From contig OZ252220.1 in assembly GCA_965249135.1 (NCBI GenBank), positions 1,920,001-1,984,000 on the forward strand: a stretch of DNA of 64,000 nt. The letters are read 5' to 3'. The translations under genes were made by a program, and so were the position numbers. Below are positions 53,240 to 63,436 of this stretch, piece after piece. Positions within the stretch are counted from its first letter, which is position 1; every line of letters starts with the position of its first letter. The notes beneath the pieces were generated by a model. That model was not told where the DNA came from and did not search any database. It saw only the letters and a program-made list of their open reading frames with translations. The stretch comes from Alphaproteobacteria bacterium (lineage in GTDB: Bacteria; Pseudomonadota; Alphaproteobacteria; GCA-2746255).

Positions 53240-54130
53240 ATGGCAAGGTCGCGCGCTGGGTCGTTCCTGCGTCTTACGACACCAGTAAGATCGCTTGCCC
53301 ATCGCTTTCCTTTTCTTCTTCTCATTCTAGCTGCACTCACCCTCATTGCGGTTGGACGGGTAGAAACGGCCTTCATGGAGCGCTTGCGCGCAAACGTGAC
53401 GGATGTCGTTACCCCGATCATTGATCTTGTTTCCCGTCCGATCGTGGCTACCCGGACACTGCTTGAAGAAATATCAAGCTTGGTGCTCATCCGAGAAGAA
53501 AATCAGCGGCTGCATGCGGAGGTGGCGTCTCTTCAGCAGTTGAATCTGACGTTGGAACGGCTTGCAACCGAGAACGACAGCTTAAGAGCCCTTATGAATT
53601 TTGTTCCGGATGCTTCGATCAGTTATGTCACGGCCCGTACGATTGCCGATTCCGGAAGCGCCTTCGTCCGTAGCGTTCTCGTAAATGCCGGCGAACGCGA
53701 TGGGGTGAAGAGGGGCGATCCGGTGATCAATGGCGAGGGCGTCGTCGGGCGGATTGCCCAACTTGGAAAGCATTCTTCCCGCGCCATTCTGATGACGGAC
53801 TGGAATTCGCGGATTCCCGTTCTCGTGGAATCATCCCGGGAAAAGGCGATTCTTGCGGGGGACAACACAAACCGCCCGCGTTTGCTGTACCTGCCGGAAG
53901 GGGTCGTGATGGCCCCTGGGGACCGGATCGTCACATCCGGTCATGGCGGGGTGTTTCCCCCCGGCCTTCCTATCGGCACGGTGGGCTCCGTTGGTGAAGA
54001 GGGGGTCCGTGTGCAGCCCTTTGTCACGTGGAACCGCCTGGAACTTGTCCGCGTCGTGAATTACGGCTTGAAAGGCGTGTTGCCGTCCTCGCCGGCAGGT
54101 CCGGACGCCAAAGAGGGCTCCCACAAGTGA
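53240..54130 (+). CDS. mreC: Rod shape protein MreC
   Basis: TM + coiled coil, TSGHGGVFPPGLPIG. Confidence 0.92.
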   Translation: MARSRAGSFLRLTTPVRSLAHRFPFLLLILAALTLIAVGRVETAFMERLRANVTDVVTPIIDLVSRPIVATRTLLEEISSLVLIREENQRLHAEVASLQQLNLTLERLATENDSLRALMNFVPDASISYVTARTIADSGSAFVRSVLVNAGERDGVKRGDPVINGEGVVGRIAQLGKHSSRAILMTDWNSRIPVLVESSREKAILAGDNTNRPRLLYLPEGVVMAPGDRIVTSGHGGVFPPGLPIGTVGSVGEEGVRVQPFVTWNRLELVRVVNYGLKGVLPSSPAGPDAKEGSHK

Positions 54131-54642
54131 CGGCTTCGTTTTGGCACCGTCTTGAACATTATTTGCGGAATCTTGTGCCATTTATAACGGCGCTTGTCTT
54201 TCTCCTTCTTAGTCTCATACCGTTTCACCTCCCCGGTTATGCCAGCATCGTTCCCATGCTGACGCTAACGGTGGTTTATTACTGGGGGCTTTATCGATCC
54301 GATCTGTTACCGGCGACGGCGGTGTTCTTCATTGGTCTTCTTCAGGACCTGCTTTCCGGAGCCCCGATTGGGTTGAACACCGGCATTTTACTTCTCGTCT
54401 ATGGGGTTGTTGTTTCTGAGCGTCGCTACTTTCTCCATGAATTCTTTTCCATTGCCTGGATCAGTTTCATGGTGGTGGCTGCCGGCGCGTCGGTGCTTCA
54501 GTGGGCAGTTCTTTCGCTGCTCGATTGGACGATTCATGATCCCAGCCCGGGAATCTTCCAATATCTCCTTACCATCGCTCTTTATCCATGCCTTGTCTGG
54601 GTTTACGCCCGCACTCAGCAAGTTCTTTTTCGGCAGACCTGA
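54127..54642 (+). CDS. mreD: Rod shape protein MreD
   Basis: Hydrophobic, YYW, GLLQDLLSGAPIG; GTGA overlap with mreC. Confidence 0.9.
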   Translation: MTASFWHRLEHYLRNLVPFITALVFLLLSLIPFHLPGYASIVPMLTLTVVYYWGLYRSDLLPATAVFFIGLLQDLLSGAPIGLNTGILLLVYGVVVSERRYFLHEFFSIAWISFMVVAAGASVLQWAVLSLLDWTIHDPSPGIFQYLLTIALYPCLVWVYARTQQVLFRQT

Positions 54643-56501
54643 TGTATCGGGAAGGTGACCGGTATCGCATGTTCAGCCGCCGGGCTGCGATTCTGGCGGG
54701 GGGCAAGCTGACGCTTGCCATGGCGCTGATCGGCCGCATGTATTATCTGCAAGTCCTCGAATCGGACCGCTACACGACGCTGGCGGAGGAAAACCGGGTC
54801 AACCTGCGTCTGATTCAACCTCCTAGGGGCTCGATCGTCGATCGCTTCGGAACGCCGCTGGCGGAAAATAGGAAGAACTACCGTGTCGTTGTTATTCCGG
54901 AGCAAACGGTGGATATCGAGGCGACCCTTGACCGACTCAGCCTCATCTTACCGATTGGCGTTGCCGAGCGTCGGCGGATTTTTCATGAGATGAAGCGGAA
55001 GCGTGGATTCGTTCCGGTCACGGTTCGGGAAAATCTAAGCTGGAAGGAAGTTTCACGCGTCGAGGTGAACACGCCGGACTTGCTAGGCGTTCTGATCGAT
55101 GTTGGGCAAAGCCGCTATTACCCCTTAGGTGATTCTGCAGCTCATGTAGTCGGCTATGTAGCGGTGGTTGCAGAAGAAGAGCTGACGGATGATCCGTTGC
55201 TCCAGCTTCCAGATTTTCGTACCGGAAAGAATGGGATCGAGAAGGTTTACGACCTTGCCCTTCGTGGGAAAGCCGGCAGCAGTCAGATGGAGGTCAATGC
55301 CGTAGGGCGTGTCGTCCGTGAGCTTTCGCGCGAGGAGGGAAAGCCCGGTCATCAGGTAGCCCTAACGCTGGATTCCAATTTGCAGAAATTTGCAAACAAA
55401 CGTTTCGGGCGCAAAAGCGGTGCGGCCGTCGTCATGGATGTGCATAACGGGGAGTTGATGGCGATGGTTTCCGCCCCTGGTTTCGATCCAAACGAATTCG
55501 TAACCGGCCTAAGTGAGGAAAGCTGGCAGCGACTACTCGCCGACAGGCGTACACCGCTTACAAACAAAAGCATCGCCGGTCAGTATGCTCCCGGCTCGAC
55601 CTACAAGATGATCGTCGCCGTCACTGCGCTGGAAGCTGGTCTGATCACGCCAGAGCATCAGGTTTTCTGTAAGGGCTATATCGAGCTTAGCCGGGACCGG
55701 TTCCACTGTTGGAAGAGGAAAGGTCACGGCCATATGCGTCTGTTCGAGGCGATCCAACATTCGTGCGATGTCTATTTCTACGATCTCGCCCGTCGCTGTG
55801 GGATCGACCGCATCGCAGAGATGGCGCGCCGATTCGGATTGGGAAAGGCCTTAATCGAGGATCTGCCAGGCGAACAGGCTGGCCTTGTGCCAGATCCCGA
55901 TTGGAAGATGGCTGCCTTGGGCTCCCCCTGGCAGGGAGGGGAAACCCTGGTCACGGGGATCGGTCAGGGCTATGCGCTGGCGACCCCGTTGCAGCTTGCC
56001 GTTATGACCGCCAGGCTTGTGAATGGGGGCTATGGGGTTTTCCCCCATATTACGAAGGAGATTGTCCGACCAGAAAGTACCGGAGCTCGCGCCGATGTTG
56101 AATTCGAATCCTTGGGCATTCGCCAGGCGACGCTTTTGTTCGTCCGCGAGGCCATGGTCGCGGTTACGAACAAGCCGGGAGGAACGGCCTATGGTTCCCG
56201 GATTCGGAACAAGCGGATGGCTATGGGCGGCAAGACGGGGACCTCCCAAGTAATGCGGATCACCAAAAGAGAGCGGGAGGAAGGCGTTCTCAAGAATAAA
56301 GAGCGCCCCTGGCATGAGCGCGACCATGCGCTGTTCGTCGGTTTTGCGCCGGTTAGTGCCCCGAAATATGCAGTCTCTGTCATCGTCGAGCATGGTGGCA
56401 GCGGTTCGTCCGCCGCCGCACCGATCGCCCGGGATATTCTACTCGAAATTCAACGGCAAAACCGCAAGTCGGAAGCAAGCTTAGAGCAAGGAACAGCATG
56501 A
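54642..56501 (+). CDS. mrdA: Penicillin-binding protein 2
   Basis: PGSTYK, SCD, KTGTSQ. Confidence 0.93.
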   Translation: MYREGDRYRMFSRRAAILAGGKLTLAMALIGRMYYLQVLESDRYTTLAEENRVNLRLIQPPRGSIVDRFGTPLAENRKNYRVVVIPEQTVDIEATLDRLSLILPIGVAERRRIFHEMKRKRGFVPVTVRENLSWKEVSRVEVNTPDLLGVLIDVGQSRYYPLGDSAAHVVGYVAVVAEEELTDDPLLQLPDFRTGKNGIEKVYDLALRGKAGSSQMEVNAVGRVVRELSREEGKPGHQVALTLDSNLQKFANKRFGRKSGAAVVMDVHNGELMAMVSAPGFDPNEFVTGLSEESWQRLLADRRTPLTNKSIAGQYAPGSTYKMIVAVTALEAGLITPEHQVFCKGYIELSRDRFHCWKRKGHGHMRLFEAIQHSCDVYFYDLARRCGIDRIAEMARRFGLGKALIEDLPGEQAGLVPDPDWKMAALGSPWQGGETLVTGIGQGYALATPLQLAVMTARLVNGGYGVFPHITKEIVRPESTGARADVEFESLGIRQATLLFVREAMVAVTNKPGGTAYGSRIRNKRMAMGGKTGTSQVMRITKREREEGVLKNKERPWHERDHALFVGFAPVSAPKYAVSVIVEHGGSGSSAAAPIARDILLEIQRQNRKSEASLEQGTA

Positions 56502-57649
56502 GCGTAATTGACGACGTTCCCGGTGGTTCGCTCCGCTTGACGGATAAGATTCGGCAAGTGCACTGGGGCATGGTTTTCCTTCTCTGCCTTGTCGCCGCGA
56601 TCGGGGTTGCCATGCTCTATTCGGCTGGCGGTGCGAACTTCACGCCTTGGGCCGGCCGGCAGGCGCTTCGCTTTGTCGTCGGGCTCTCGGTTCTCTTCGT
56701 GGTAGGGCTTACGGATATCCGATTCTGGCTCCGGCATGCCTACGCTATCTACGGCGTCTCGCTCGTGCTTCTGCTGGCCGTCGAGGTCGCCGGCATCGTC
56801 GGGATGGGGGCGCAGCGTTGGTTGGATTTAGGCTATTTTCAGATCCAGCCTTCCGAAATCCTGAAAATCACGCTCGTGCTTGCCCTTGCCCGGTACTTCC
56901 ATGGAACAAGCCTTGAGGATGTCTCCCGGCCTGCTTTTCTCGTCGTTCCCCTTGTGCTGATGGCGTTGCCTACCTTTCTGGTTCTCCGTCAGCCTGACCT
57001 TGGGACGGCGCTCATGTTGGGCATAGGCGGCTTAGTGATCTTCTTTCTGGCAGGGGTCCGGATTTGGAAGTTCGTAGTTTTGATCGGAGGGGCGCTTGCC
57101 ACGATGCCGCTCATCTGGATGGGGCTGCACGAGTATCAGCGGCGGCGCATCCTCGTCTTCCTCGATCCGGAAAGCGATCCCTTAGGCGCCGGATACCACA
57201 TCCTGCAATCCCAGATCGCCCTTGGCTCGGGTGGACTGTGGGGCAAGGGGTTCCTTCAGGGGACCCAGGCGCATCTCAATTTTCTGCCCGAGAAGCAAAC
57301 GGATTTCATCTTCACGATGCTAGCCGAGGAATTCGGCATTGCCGGCGGCCTCGTCCTGCTTGGCCTTTATTTGCTTCTTGTCCTTTGCGGTTTCATGATC
57401 AGCCTGCGCAGCCGCAACCAGTTTGGCCGCCTGCTTGGCATGGGCGTGACCGTTACCTTCGCGCTCTATTTCTTCATCAACATTGCCATGGTTACCGGCC
57501 TGATCCCGGTTGTCGGCGTGCCACTACCGCTGATTTCCTATGGTGGGACCGCGCTTCTTACGCTTCTTTTCGCCTTCGGTCTCCTGATGAGCATCCACAT
57601 TCACCGCGACATCCGTATGAGCCGCCGCGGCGCTGCCGAGGACTTCTGA
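56498..57649 (+). CDS. rodA: SEDS transglycosylase RodA
   Basis: GAQRW, QPSE, QPDLGT, PEKQTDFIF, SYGG. Confidence 0.93.
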   Translation: MSVIDDVPGGSLRLTDKIRQVHWGMVFLLCLVAAIGVAMLYSAGGANFTPWAGRQALRFVVGLSVLFVVGLTDIRFWLRHAYAIYGVSLVLLLAVEVAGIVGMGAQRWLDLGYFQIQPSEILKITLVLALARYFHGTSLEDVSRPAFLVVPLVLMALPTFLVLRQPDLGTALMLGIGGLVIFFLAGVRIWKFVVLIGGALATMPLIWMGLHEYQRRRILVFLDPESDPLGAGYHILQSQIALGSGGLWGKGFLQGTQAHLNFLPEKQTDFIFTMLAEEFGIAGGLVLLGLYLLLVLCGFMISLRSRNQFGRLLGMGVTVTFALYFFINIAMVTGLIPVVGVPLPLISYGGTALLTLLFAFGLLMSIHIHRDIRMSRRGAAEDF

Positions 57650-57700
57650 GTGAAGCCTATCGACAAGCGAAGATGGCTTTGCTATAGGGGCAGCCTCTTC

Positions 57701-57777
<77 letters not shown>

Positions 57778-58431
57778 TTTTTCTTTAAGAACTTATCCCA
57801 CCTTCTTGCGCATGGCGATGAACCGTTCGATCAGATCTTCCAGGGTCTGTTCAGACTGAAACCCTGTCGCGACCTGGAATTTTTCGAATCCGCAAAGGAA
57901 CGAGACTGCGGCAGGCGGAACTCCCCCGGTTCCCGTCGCGCGACGGAGTCACTATGATCAGAGATTTCCGGTCACTTGCCATGTATAGCGGCTTGTCCGC
58001 TAATGAAGATTACAGCTCGTGCCAAGGGGCCTAATTTAGGGGGATTATATACGAAAGTCACATTTTGGCGGTATTAGGCAGCAAGCGCATCAATGTACAT
58101 TGATGTACATCAGCACTATGATGCGATTATGGCGAAGCAAAAGAACAGCGATGCGCCTGCGCGTTATGAATTAGGCAGGGCCCCCGACAGTGATCTAGCG
58201 GACCTAAGCGAAGGCTACAAGGGTGCGCAAATAACGCGTTACAAGAGGACGGATCATGAGCAAGAAAGCGCCGGGAAAGAGCCACCGCTGAACTGCCAGA
58301 GATGTGGCGAAATCGTGACTTAAATGACACCTTTTCTGTTGCAGATGCACCGGCCATCCTCTTTACCGGTAAAATGTGACTTTCGTATATAATCCCCATT
58401 ACTTCCGCATAGCCCCGATGTTCGCGCCTTC

Positions 58432-58782
58432 CTAGGTTCCCTCTCGTTTGCCAAGCTCTTTGGCAATCACAGCAGTTACAAACTGATTGATACTGGTTCT
58501 CTCCGTTTCCGCCCGTGCCGCGAGTCGCGTGTGAAGAAACACCGGCATTCTCACCGTGAATATCCCACTGTGCGAGGGAATTGACGAAGGTTTTGGCGTG
58601 GGCCTCCCCATTTTAGCGTTCGCATCCAACCACGCCGCCTCGGCCCCCTCCCAATCCTTCAGGGCTTCCTCTGGCGTTTCACCGTCAGCCATGCAGCCAG
58701 GAAGATCGTCAGAGGTTGCGAGCCACCCACCGCCGTCTTCCTCTGACAATTTCGATAAAACAACCCTATAATCACTCATCAT
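58432..58782 (-). CDS. hicB: HicB family antitoxin
   Basis: EEDGGGW...DLPGCMADGETPEEAL, C-terminal RHH SGIFTVRMP..LH. Confidence 0.9.
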   Translation of the reverse strand: MMSDYRVVLSKLSEEDGGGWLATSDDLPGCMADGETPEEALKDWEGAEAAWLDANAKMGRPTPKPSSIPSHSGIFTVRMPVFLHTRLAARAETERTSINQFVTAVIAKELGKREGT

Positions 58783-59012
58783 TCTATCTCCTCGATCAGC
58801 GCCAGTAGCCTCTTGACGTAAACCGGCTTCACTGGCCGGCTGGCAGGGATCGTTAAAATGTCCCTCAAGTTTTCATGACGAAAATGCCAGTGGCTACCAT
58901 CTGGGTTCTCTACCGTGAAGCCATGCGCCTCAGCTACAGTGCGGAGTTGTCCGATCCGCCAATCACGGGGGTTCCGCCTCAACTTCTCCAGGGTCTTTTC
59001 TGCCCGTGCCAT
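58779..59012 (-). CDS. hicA: HicA family toxin
   Basis: GSHWHFRH...LTIP...VKPVYVK; overlaps the hicB start. Confidence 0.85.
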   Translation of the reverse strand: MARAEKTLEKLRRNPRDWRIGQLRTVAEAHGFTVENPDGSHWHFRHENLRDILTIPASRPVKPVYVKRLLALIEEIE

Positions 59013-59119
59013 GAAGATATGATACCGTGGGCGGTGGCACAAGTCAATTAAAACTGCACCAAAAGTGCACCAACACACCTTTAATTACTACTAATTATCA
59101 TGCTAACTATTTGAAAAGA

Positions 59120-59164
59120 TGGTAGGCGCTGCTGGGATTGAACCAGCGGCCCCTGCCGTGTGAA
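59120..59164 (-). pseudogene. 3' half of tRNA-Val(CAC), att-site remnant
   Basis: TTCACAC-GGCAG-GGGCC-GCTGG-TTCAATC-CCAGC-AGCGCCT-ACCA; the 5' half is absent. Confidence 0.8.
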
Positions 59165-59205
59165 AAATGTGACTTTCGTATATAATCCCCTAATTTAGCT
59201 ACTAT

Positions 59206-61572
59206 TTGATAATAGCTGCTGACCAACATAACCGCTCAAGAGTTCTTCAGAATCGAACCGTTTCGATGGATGTGGATGTAAAGCCCGATATTGAAAAAAC
59301 CTTTGCCATTAGCGAATCGGCTTGCGCATGGACGGTGCGCGTCATGTCCATCTTGGAGTCCAGGCTAAGCATCAATATCAACTTGCACGATCCGGACCAT
59401 TGCGCAGAAAGCGGTCAGATATTCCTGTTCAATCATTTCGCGCGTTTCGAGACTTTTATTCCCCAATACCTGATTCATAAAAAGACCGGCGCCTATTGTC
59501 GCTCTATCGCATCGCGAGAGTTTTTCTCTGACAATAGCGTCTTGTCCAATTATCTTCTAAGTCTCGGAGCGGTGCCCAACGATTATCCTCCTTTGCTTCC
59601 GTTTCTGGCCGCAGAGATCCTTCGAGGGAGAAAAGTCGTCGTCTTTCCCGAGGGCGGCATGGTCAAGGACCGGCGGGTGATTAACAGAAAAGGTAAATAC
59701 AGCGTCTATTCGAGGGTCGCGAAGGAGCAGAGAAAACACCATGCGGGGGCGGCCGTTTTGGGCCTGACGCTCGATGCCTTCAAAACGGGTCTTCTGGAAC
59801 TTGCGAAGGCGGGGTGTACCGATCATTTGGCGCGGTGGGTCGACCAACTCGGGATCGAGAGCGTCGAGGCTCTCATGAAGGAGGCCCATCGCCCCACCGA
59901 GATCATACCATCCAACATCACCTTTTACCCCATTCGGATCGGCGACAATCTTGCCGTGAAATCTGCCGAATTCTTCAATGCCGGGATGCCGAAGAAATTT
60001 TCCGAGGAACTGCTCATCGAAGGAAACCTTCTGCTTAAAGATACCGACATGGATATCCGGCTCGGTACGCCCGTTCGGCAGGGCCAGTCTTGGAGCTGGT
60101 GGGAACGGAAATTGCTTGGTCATCTGCTGCGGCGCGTCGAATCGATGGAGGAGTTTTTCCGCAGAGAAACGGGTAAGGGCACACCCGTGGATCGCCTCTT
60201 CAGAATGTGCATCGAACGTAGGGTTTCTCCCGCTCGCGACGCCTACATGCATGAGATGTATGACAACCTCACCGTCAATCTGTCTCATCTTGCATCGCAG
60301 CTCATCGTGTGCCTGGTCGATGCTGGGAAAACGAAGATCGAGCAGGAGGCGTTTCGCAAGATCCTGTATCTAGCCATCAAAACGATGCAGGAGCAGCCGA
60401 GCGTCCATCTTCATCACAGCTTGCTGAATCCGGACGACTATGGCGGCATCCTGGAAGATCGATGTGGGGGACTTGACCAGTTCATATCCTCGTCGATCCG
60501 AGCCGACCTCCTGGCAACGGACGCAGATTGTTACAGTTTTCTGCCAAAACTTTGTGAGGAACATGATTTCGATGAAATCCGCATCGAGAATCCCATTGCC
60601 GTTTACGCCAATGAAGCGGCTCCCATTGCCGAAACGACACAAGCGATTAGGAAAGCGATGGACGAAGGTGAGGATATCACCAAGCAACAGTGGGCCGAGG
60701 CAGCGTTCGACGACGCACGTTTAAGCTTTGCCTGGGAGAAGAAGAGGTTCTCAGATCCGCGCTACGATGAGATCAACGAACAAGAAACCGCAACGGAAAA
60801 TGCCGAACCCTATCTTCTGGTTCCTAAGAACAGCAACGGTCTCGGTGTCGTACTGGTTCACGGGTTTCTGGCATCGCCGGCGGAACTTAGTGCGTTCGGA
60901 CAACGCCTGTTCGAGGACGGCCACCCGGTGATCGGTGTGCGTTTGAATGGACACGGGACGTCACCCTGGGATCTCCGGGGGCGGACCTGGCAGAACTGGA
61001 TGGAGCCGGTGCGTGAAGGCTATCGTACCCTGTCGGCCTTCGCCGACCGGATCTGCATGGTAGGGTTTTCCAGTGGCGGTGCCTTGTCCTTGATCCTGGG
61101 TGCCGAAAAACCAGCCAACCTTGCTGGTATCGTTGCCGTTTCGACACCGATGAAATTCGTGAACAAGAATATGATCTTCGTGCCGCTGATCCACGGCGCC
61201 AACAAACTCGCCCAGTGGGTTTCGACCCTGGAAGGCATCATGCCCTTCCGCGAGAACGATTCAGAGCATCCGCACATCAATTATCGAAACATGGCGATCC
61301 GTGGATTGTTTGAACTACGTCGCATGGTCGATGAATTGGATCGTCGGCTGCCCGAGATTGATTGTCCCGTTGCCCTCGTTCAGGGGGATGCGGATGGCGT
61401 CGTTGATCCGAAAAGCCTCGAGCTCATCTATGAAAAACTGACCACCAAGGAAAAGACCGCAAAGCTGGTTCCTTCCGAAAGGCATGGGATCCTGAGCGAA
61501 GACATCGGCCACACCCAGGAAATCGTTCGATCCGCACTCGCCGCCCTTCTCCCGCAGCGCGCTTCCGGGTGA
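59206..61572 (+). CDS. Glycerolipid acyltransferase - alpha/beta hydrolase fusion (start uncertain, possibly ATG 59266)
   Basis: NHFARFE and VFPEGG in the N-terminal part; HGFLASP, GHGT, GFSSGG, DGVVD, RHG in the C-terminal part. Confidence 0.75.
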   Translation: MIIAADQHNRSRVLQNRTVSMDVDVKPDIEKTFAISESACAWTVRVMSILESRLSININLHDPDHCAESGQIFLFNHFARFETFIPQYLIHKKTGAYCRSIASREFFSDNSVLSNYLLSLGAVPNDYPPLLPFLAAEILRGRKVVVFPEGGMVKDRRVINRKGKYSVYSRVAKEQRKHHAGAAVLGLTLDAFKTGLLELAKAGCTDHLARWVDQLGIESVEALMKEAHRPTEIIPSNITFYPIRIGDNLAVKSAEFFNAGMPKKFSEELLIEGNLLLKDTDMDIRLGTPVRQGQSWSWWERKLLGHLLRRVESMEEFFRRETGKGTPVDRLFRMCIERRVSPARDAYMHEMYDNLTVNLSHLASQLIVCLVDAGKTKIEQEAFRKILYLAIKTMQEQPSVHLHHSLLNPDDYGGILEDRCGGLDQFISSSIRADLLATDADCYSFLPKLCEEHDFDEIRIENPIAVYANEAAPIAETTQAIRKAMDEGEDITKQQWAEAAFDDARLSFAWEKKRFSDPRYDEINEQETATENAEPYLLVPKNSNGLGVVLVHGFLASPAELSAFGQRLFEDGHPVIGVRLNGHGTSPWDLRGRTWQNWMEPVREGYRTLSAFADRICMVGFSSGGALSLILGAEKPANLAGIVAVSTPMKFVNKNMIFVPLIHGANKLAQWVSTLEGIMPFRENDSEHPHINYRNMAIRGLFELRRMVDELDRRLPEIDCPVALVQGDADGVVDPKSLELIYEKLTTKEKTAKLVPSERHGILSEDIGHTQEIVRSALAALLPQRASG

Positions 61573-61643
61573 GAAGTATTTATTATTTATAATCAATTAG
61601 TTCCATCTCTCCGCGTCACCTGATCCACTGCAGCCTCCTGCAT

Positions 61644-61679
61644 GTAACGTTAACGTAATCTTCTTTTCGTTAACGTAAA
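61644..61679. promoter_or_regulatory. Tandem LiuR-type (MerR) operators
   Basis: GTAACGTTAACGTAAT and TTTTCGTTAACGTAAA resemble TTTACGTwwACGTAAA; a MerR gene is in the same operon. Confidence 0.7.
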
Positions 61680-61708
61680 TCTAAGGACGAAGCCCCATAT
61701 ATTAGGGC

Positions 61709-63436
61709 ATGAAGTTGACGAAGCTCATCTGGGGCGATCAGCGTAGCCACGGGGACAAACGTGGCAAATTACCTGAACCATCCTTGTATTCCCTGATTGA
61801 CGACGCCGTTGCCCGGTTCCCCGATCGTCGTTGCTTGGATTTTCTTGGCAAGGTTTACACCTACGGCGAGGTCGGCGATCTCGTGAACCGTGCGGCCAGA
61901 GGATTTCAACTGCTCGGCGTTAAGAAAGGCGTCAAGGTGGGGCTGTTCCTGCCCAACACGCCCTTTTACGTCATTTCTTACTACGCAATTCTCAAGGCCG
62001 GCGGCACGGTCGTCAATTTCAATCCCCTCTACGTCGAGCGGGAGATCGTTCACCAAATTGAGGATTCCGGCACCAAGATCATGGTGACGCTCGACCTTCG
62101 ACAACTCTATCCCAAAATCGCCGCTGCCTTGGAGGACTCCTGTCTCGAGAGGGTCGTGATTTGCCCGATGCGGGACATCCTTCCTCCTGTCAAGGGTCTG
62201 TTGTTCTCGGTCTTCAAACGAAGTGAGATCCTGGCAATTCCGGCAGATCTGCAACATGTGCCGTTCGACATGCTCATTCAAAACAATGGTGATGTAGAGC
62301 CAGTCAAAATCGATTCGGATAAAGACATCGCCGTTCTTCAATACACCGGGGGCACCACGGGAGAGCCCAAAGGCGCCATGCTGACTCACAGTAACCTGAT
62401 GGCCAACACGCGGCAGACGGGACAACTCATCGAAGGACTCGTGGATGAGTCCCTGAAGATCCTGGCCGTCCTACCGCTGTTCCACGTTTTCGCGATGACG
62501 ACGATCATGAATCAAGGGATCGCGGCCGGCGCCGAACTCATTCTTCTGCCGCGGTTCGAGTTGAAGCAAGTTTTAAAGACCATCGCTGCGAAACGGCCGA
62601 CGGCCTTTCCCGGCGTTCCTACCATCTATAACGCGATCAACGGTTATGCGGACACACCGAACCATGACCTTTCAAGCTTAAAGGTTTGTATTTCCGGTGG
62701 CGCACCTCTACCGATCGAGGTTAAGAAGGCGTTCGAGTCACTAACTGGGTGCAGCCTGGTCGAAGGCTATGGGCTCAGCGAAGCCTCGCCGGTAGTGACG
62801 TGCAACCCAATCGGCGGCCTCGTCAAGGAAGGCTCGATCGGCCTTCCGTTACAGGACACGGTGGTTGAAATCCGATCGCTCGACTCCCCGAAAAAGAAAC
62901 TAGCCGTAGGCGAGACCGGTGAAATCTGTGTGTCCGGGCCTCAGGTGATGGCCGGTTACTGGAAGCGTCCGAAAGAAACGGCAGAAATCGTACACGAAGG
63001 CCTGCTGCATACGGGTGACGTAGGCTACATCGACGACGATGGCTACGTGTTCCTCATCGATCGGGTGAAGGACCTGATCCTCTGTGGCGGCTACAACGTT
63101 TATCCGAGGGCCGTCGAGGAAGCCATCTACCTTCATCCGGATGTAGCCGAGGTGACAGTGATTGGGGTTCCCGACAGTTACCGCGGGCAAACCCCGAAAG
63201 CGTTCGTCAAATTGCGCGACGGGGCAAACTTAAGCGAAGGGAACTTACGCGCCTTTCTCGTGGACAAATTGTCGCCAATCGAGAGGCCGAAATTCGTCGA
63301 GTTCCGTGACGAGTTGCCGAAGACCATGATCGGAAAGCTCTCCAAGAAGGAGTTGGTAGCCGACGAGACGACTAAACAGGCCATCGAAGAAGCCGAAGAC
63401 TCGAACAAGGCTAAAGCTGAAAGCGAGGTGTCGTGA
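61709..63436 (+). CDS. Long-chain fatty acid/dicarboxylate--CoA ligase
   Basis: YTGGTTGEPKG, EGYGLSE, TGD, GK motifs. Confidence 0.9.
   Translation: MKLTKLIWGDQRSHGDKRGKLPEPSLYSLIDDAVARFPDRRCLDFLGKVYTYGEVGDLVNRAARGFQLLGVKKGVKVGLFLPNTPFYVISYYAILKAGGTVVNFNPLYVEREIVHQIEDSGTKIMVTLDLRQLYPKIAAALEDSCLERVVICPMRDILPPVKGLLFSVFKRSEILAIPADLQHVPFDMLIQNNGDVEPVKIDSDKDIAVLQYTGGTTGEPKGAMLTHSNLMANTRQTGQLIEGLVDESLKILAVLPLFHVFAMTTIMNQGIAAGAELILLPRFELKQVLKTIAAKRPTAFPGVPTIYNAINGYADTPNHDLSSLKVCISGGAPLPIEVKKAFESLTGCSLVEGYGLSEASPVVTCNPIGGLVKEGSIGLPLQDTVVEIRSLDSPKKKLAVGETGEICVSGPQVMAGYWKRPKETAEIVHEGLLHTGDVGYIDDDGYVFLIDRVKDLILCGGYNVYPRAVEEAIYLHPDVAEVTVIGVPDSYRGQTPKAFVKLRDGANLSEGNLRAFLVDKLSPIERPKFVEFRDELPKTMIGKLSKKELVADETTKQAIEEAEDSNKAKAESEVS

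Larger units (their letters stand above)
58040..59191. repeat. Three copies of the 27-bp motif AAAATGTGACTTTCGTATATAATCCCC
   Basis: Reverse copy 58040-58066; forward copies 58371-58397 and about 59164-59190. Confidence 0.85.

Noticed and set aside
57795-57900. Minus-strand fragment ...FEKFQVATGFQSEQTLEDLIERFIAMRKKVG* resembling an epimerase C-terminus
   Set aside because: Too short to assign; possibly a gene remnant.
58093-58323. 76-aa ORF between the inverted 27-bp motifs
   Set aside because: No recognisable motif or clear RBS; not called as a CDS.
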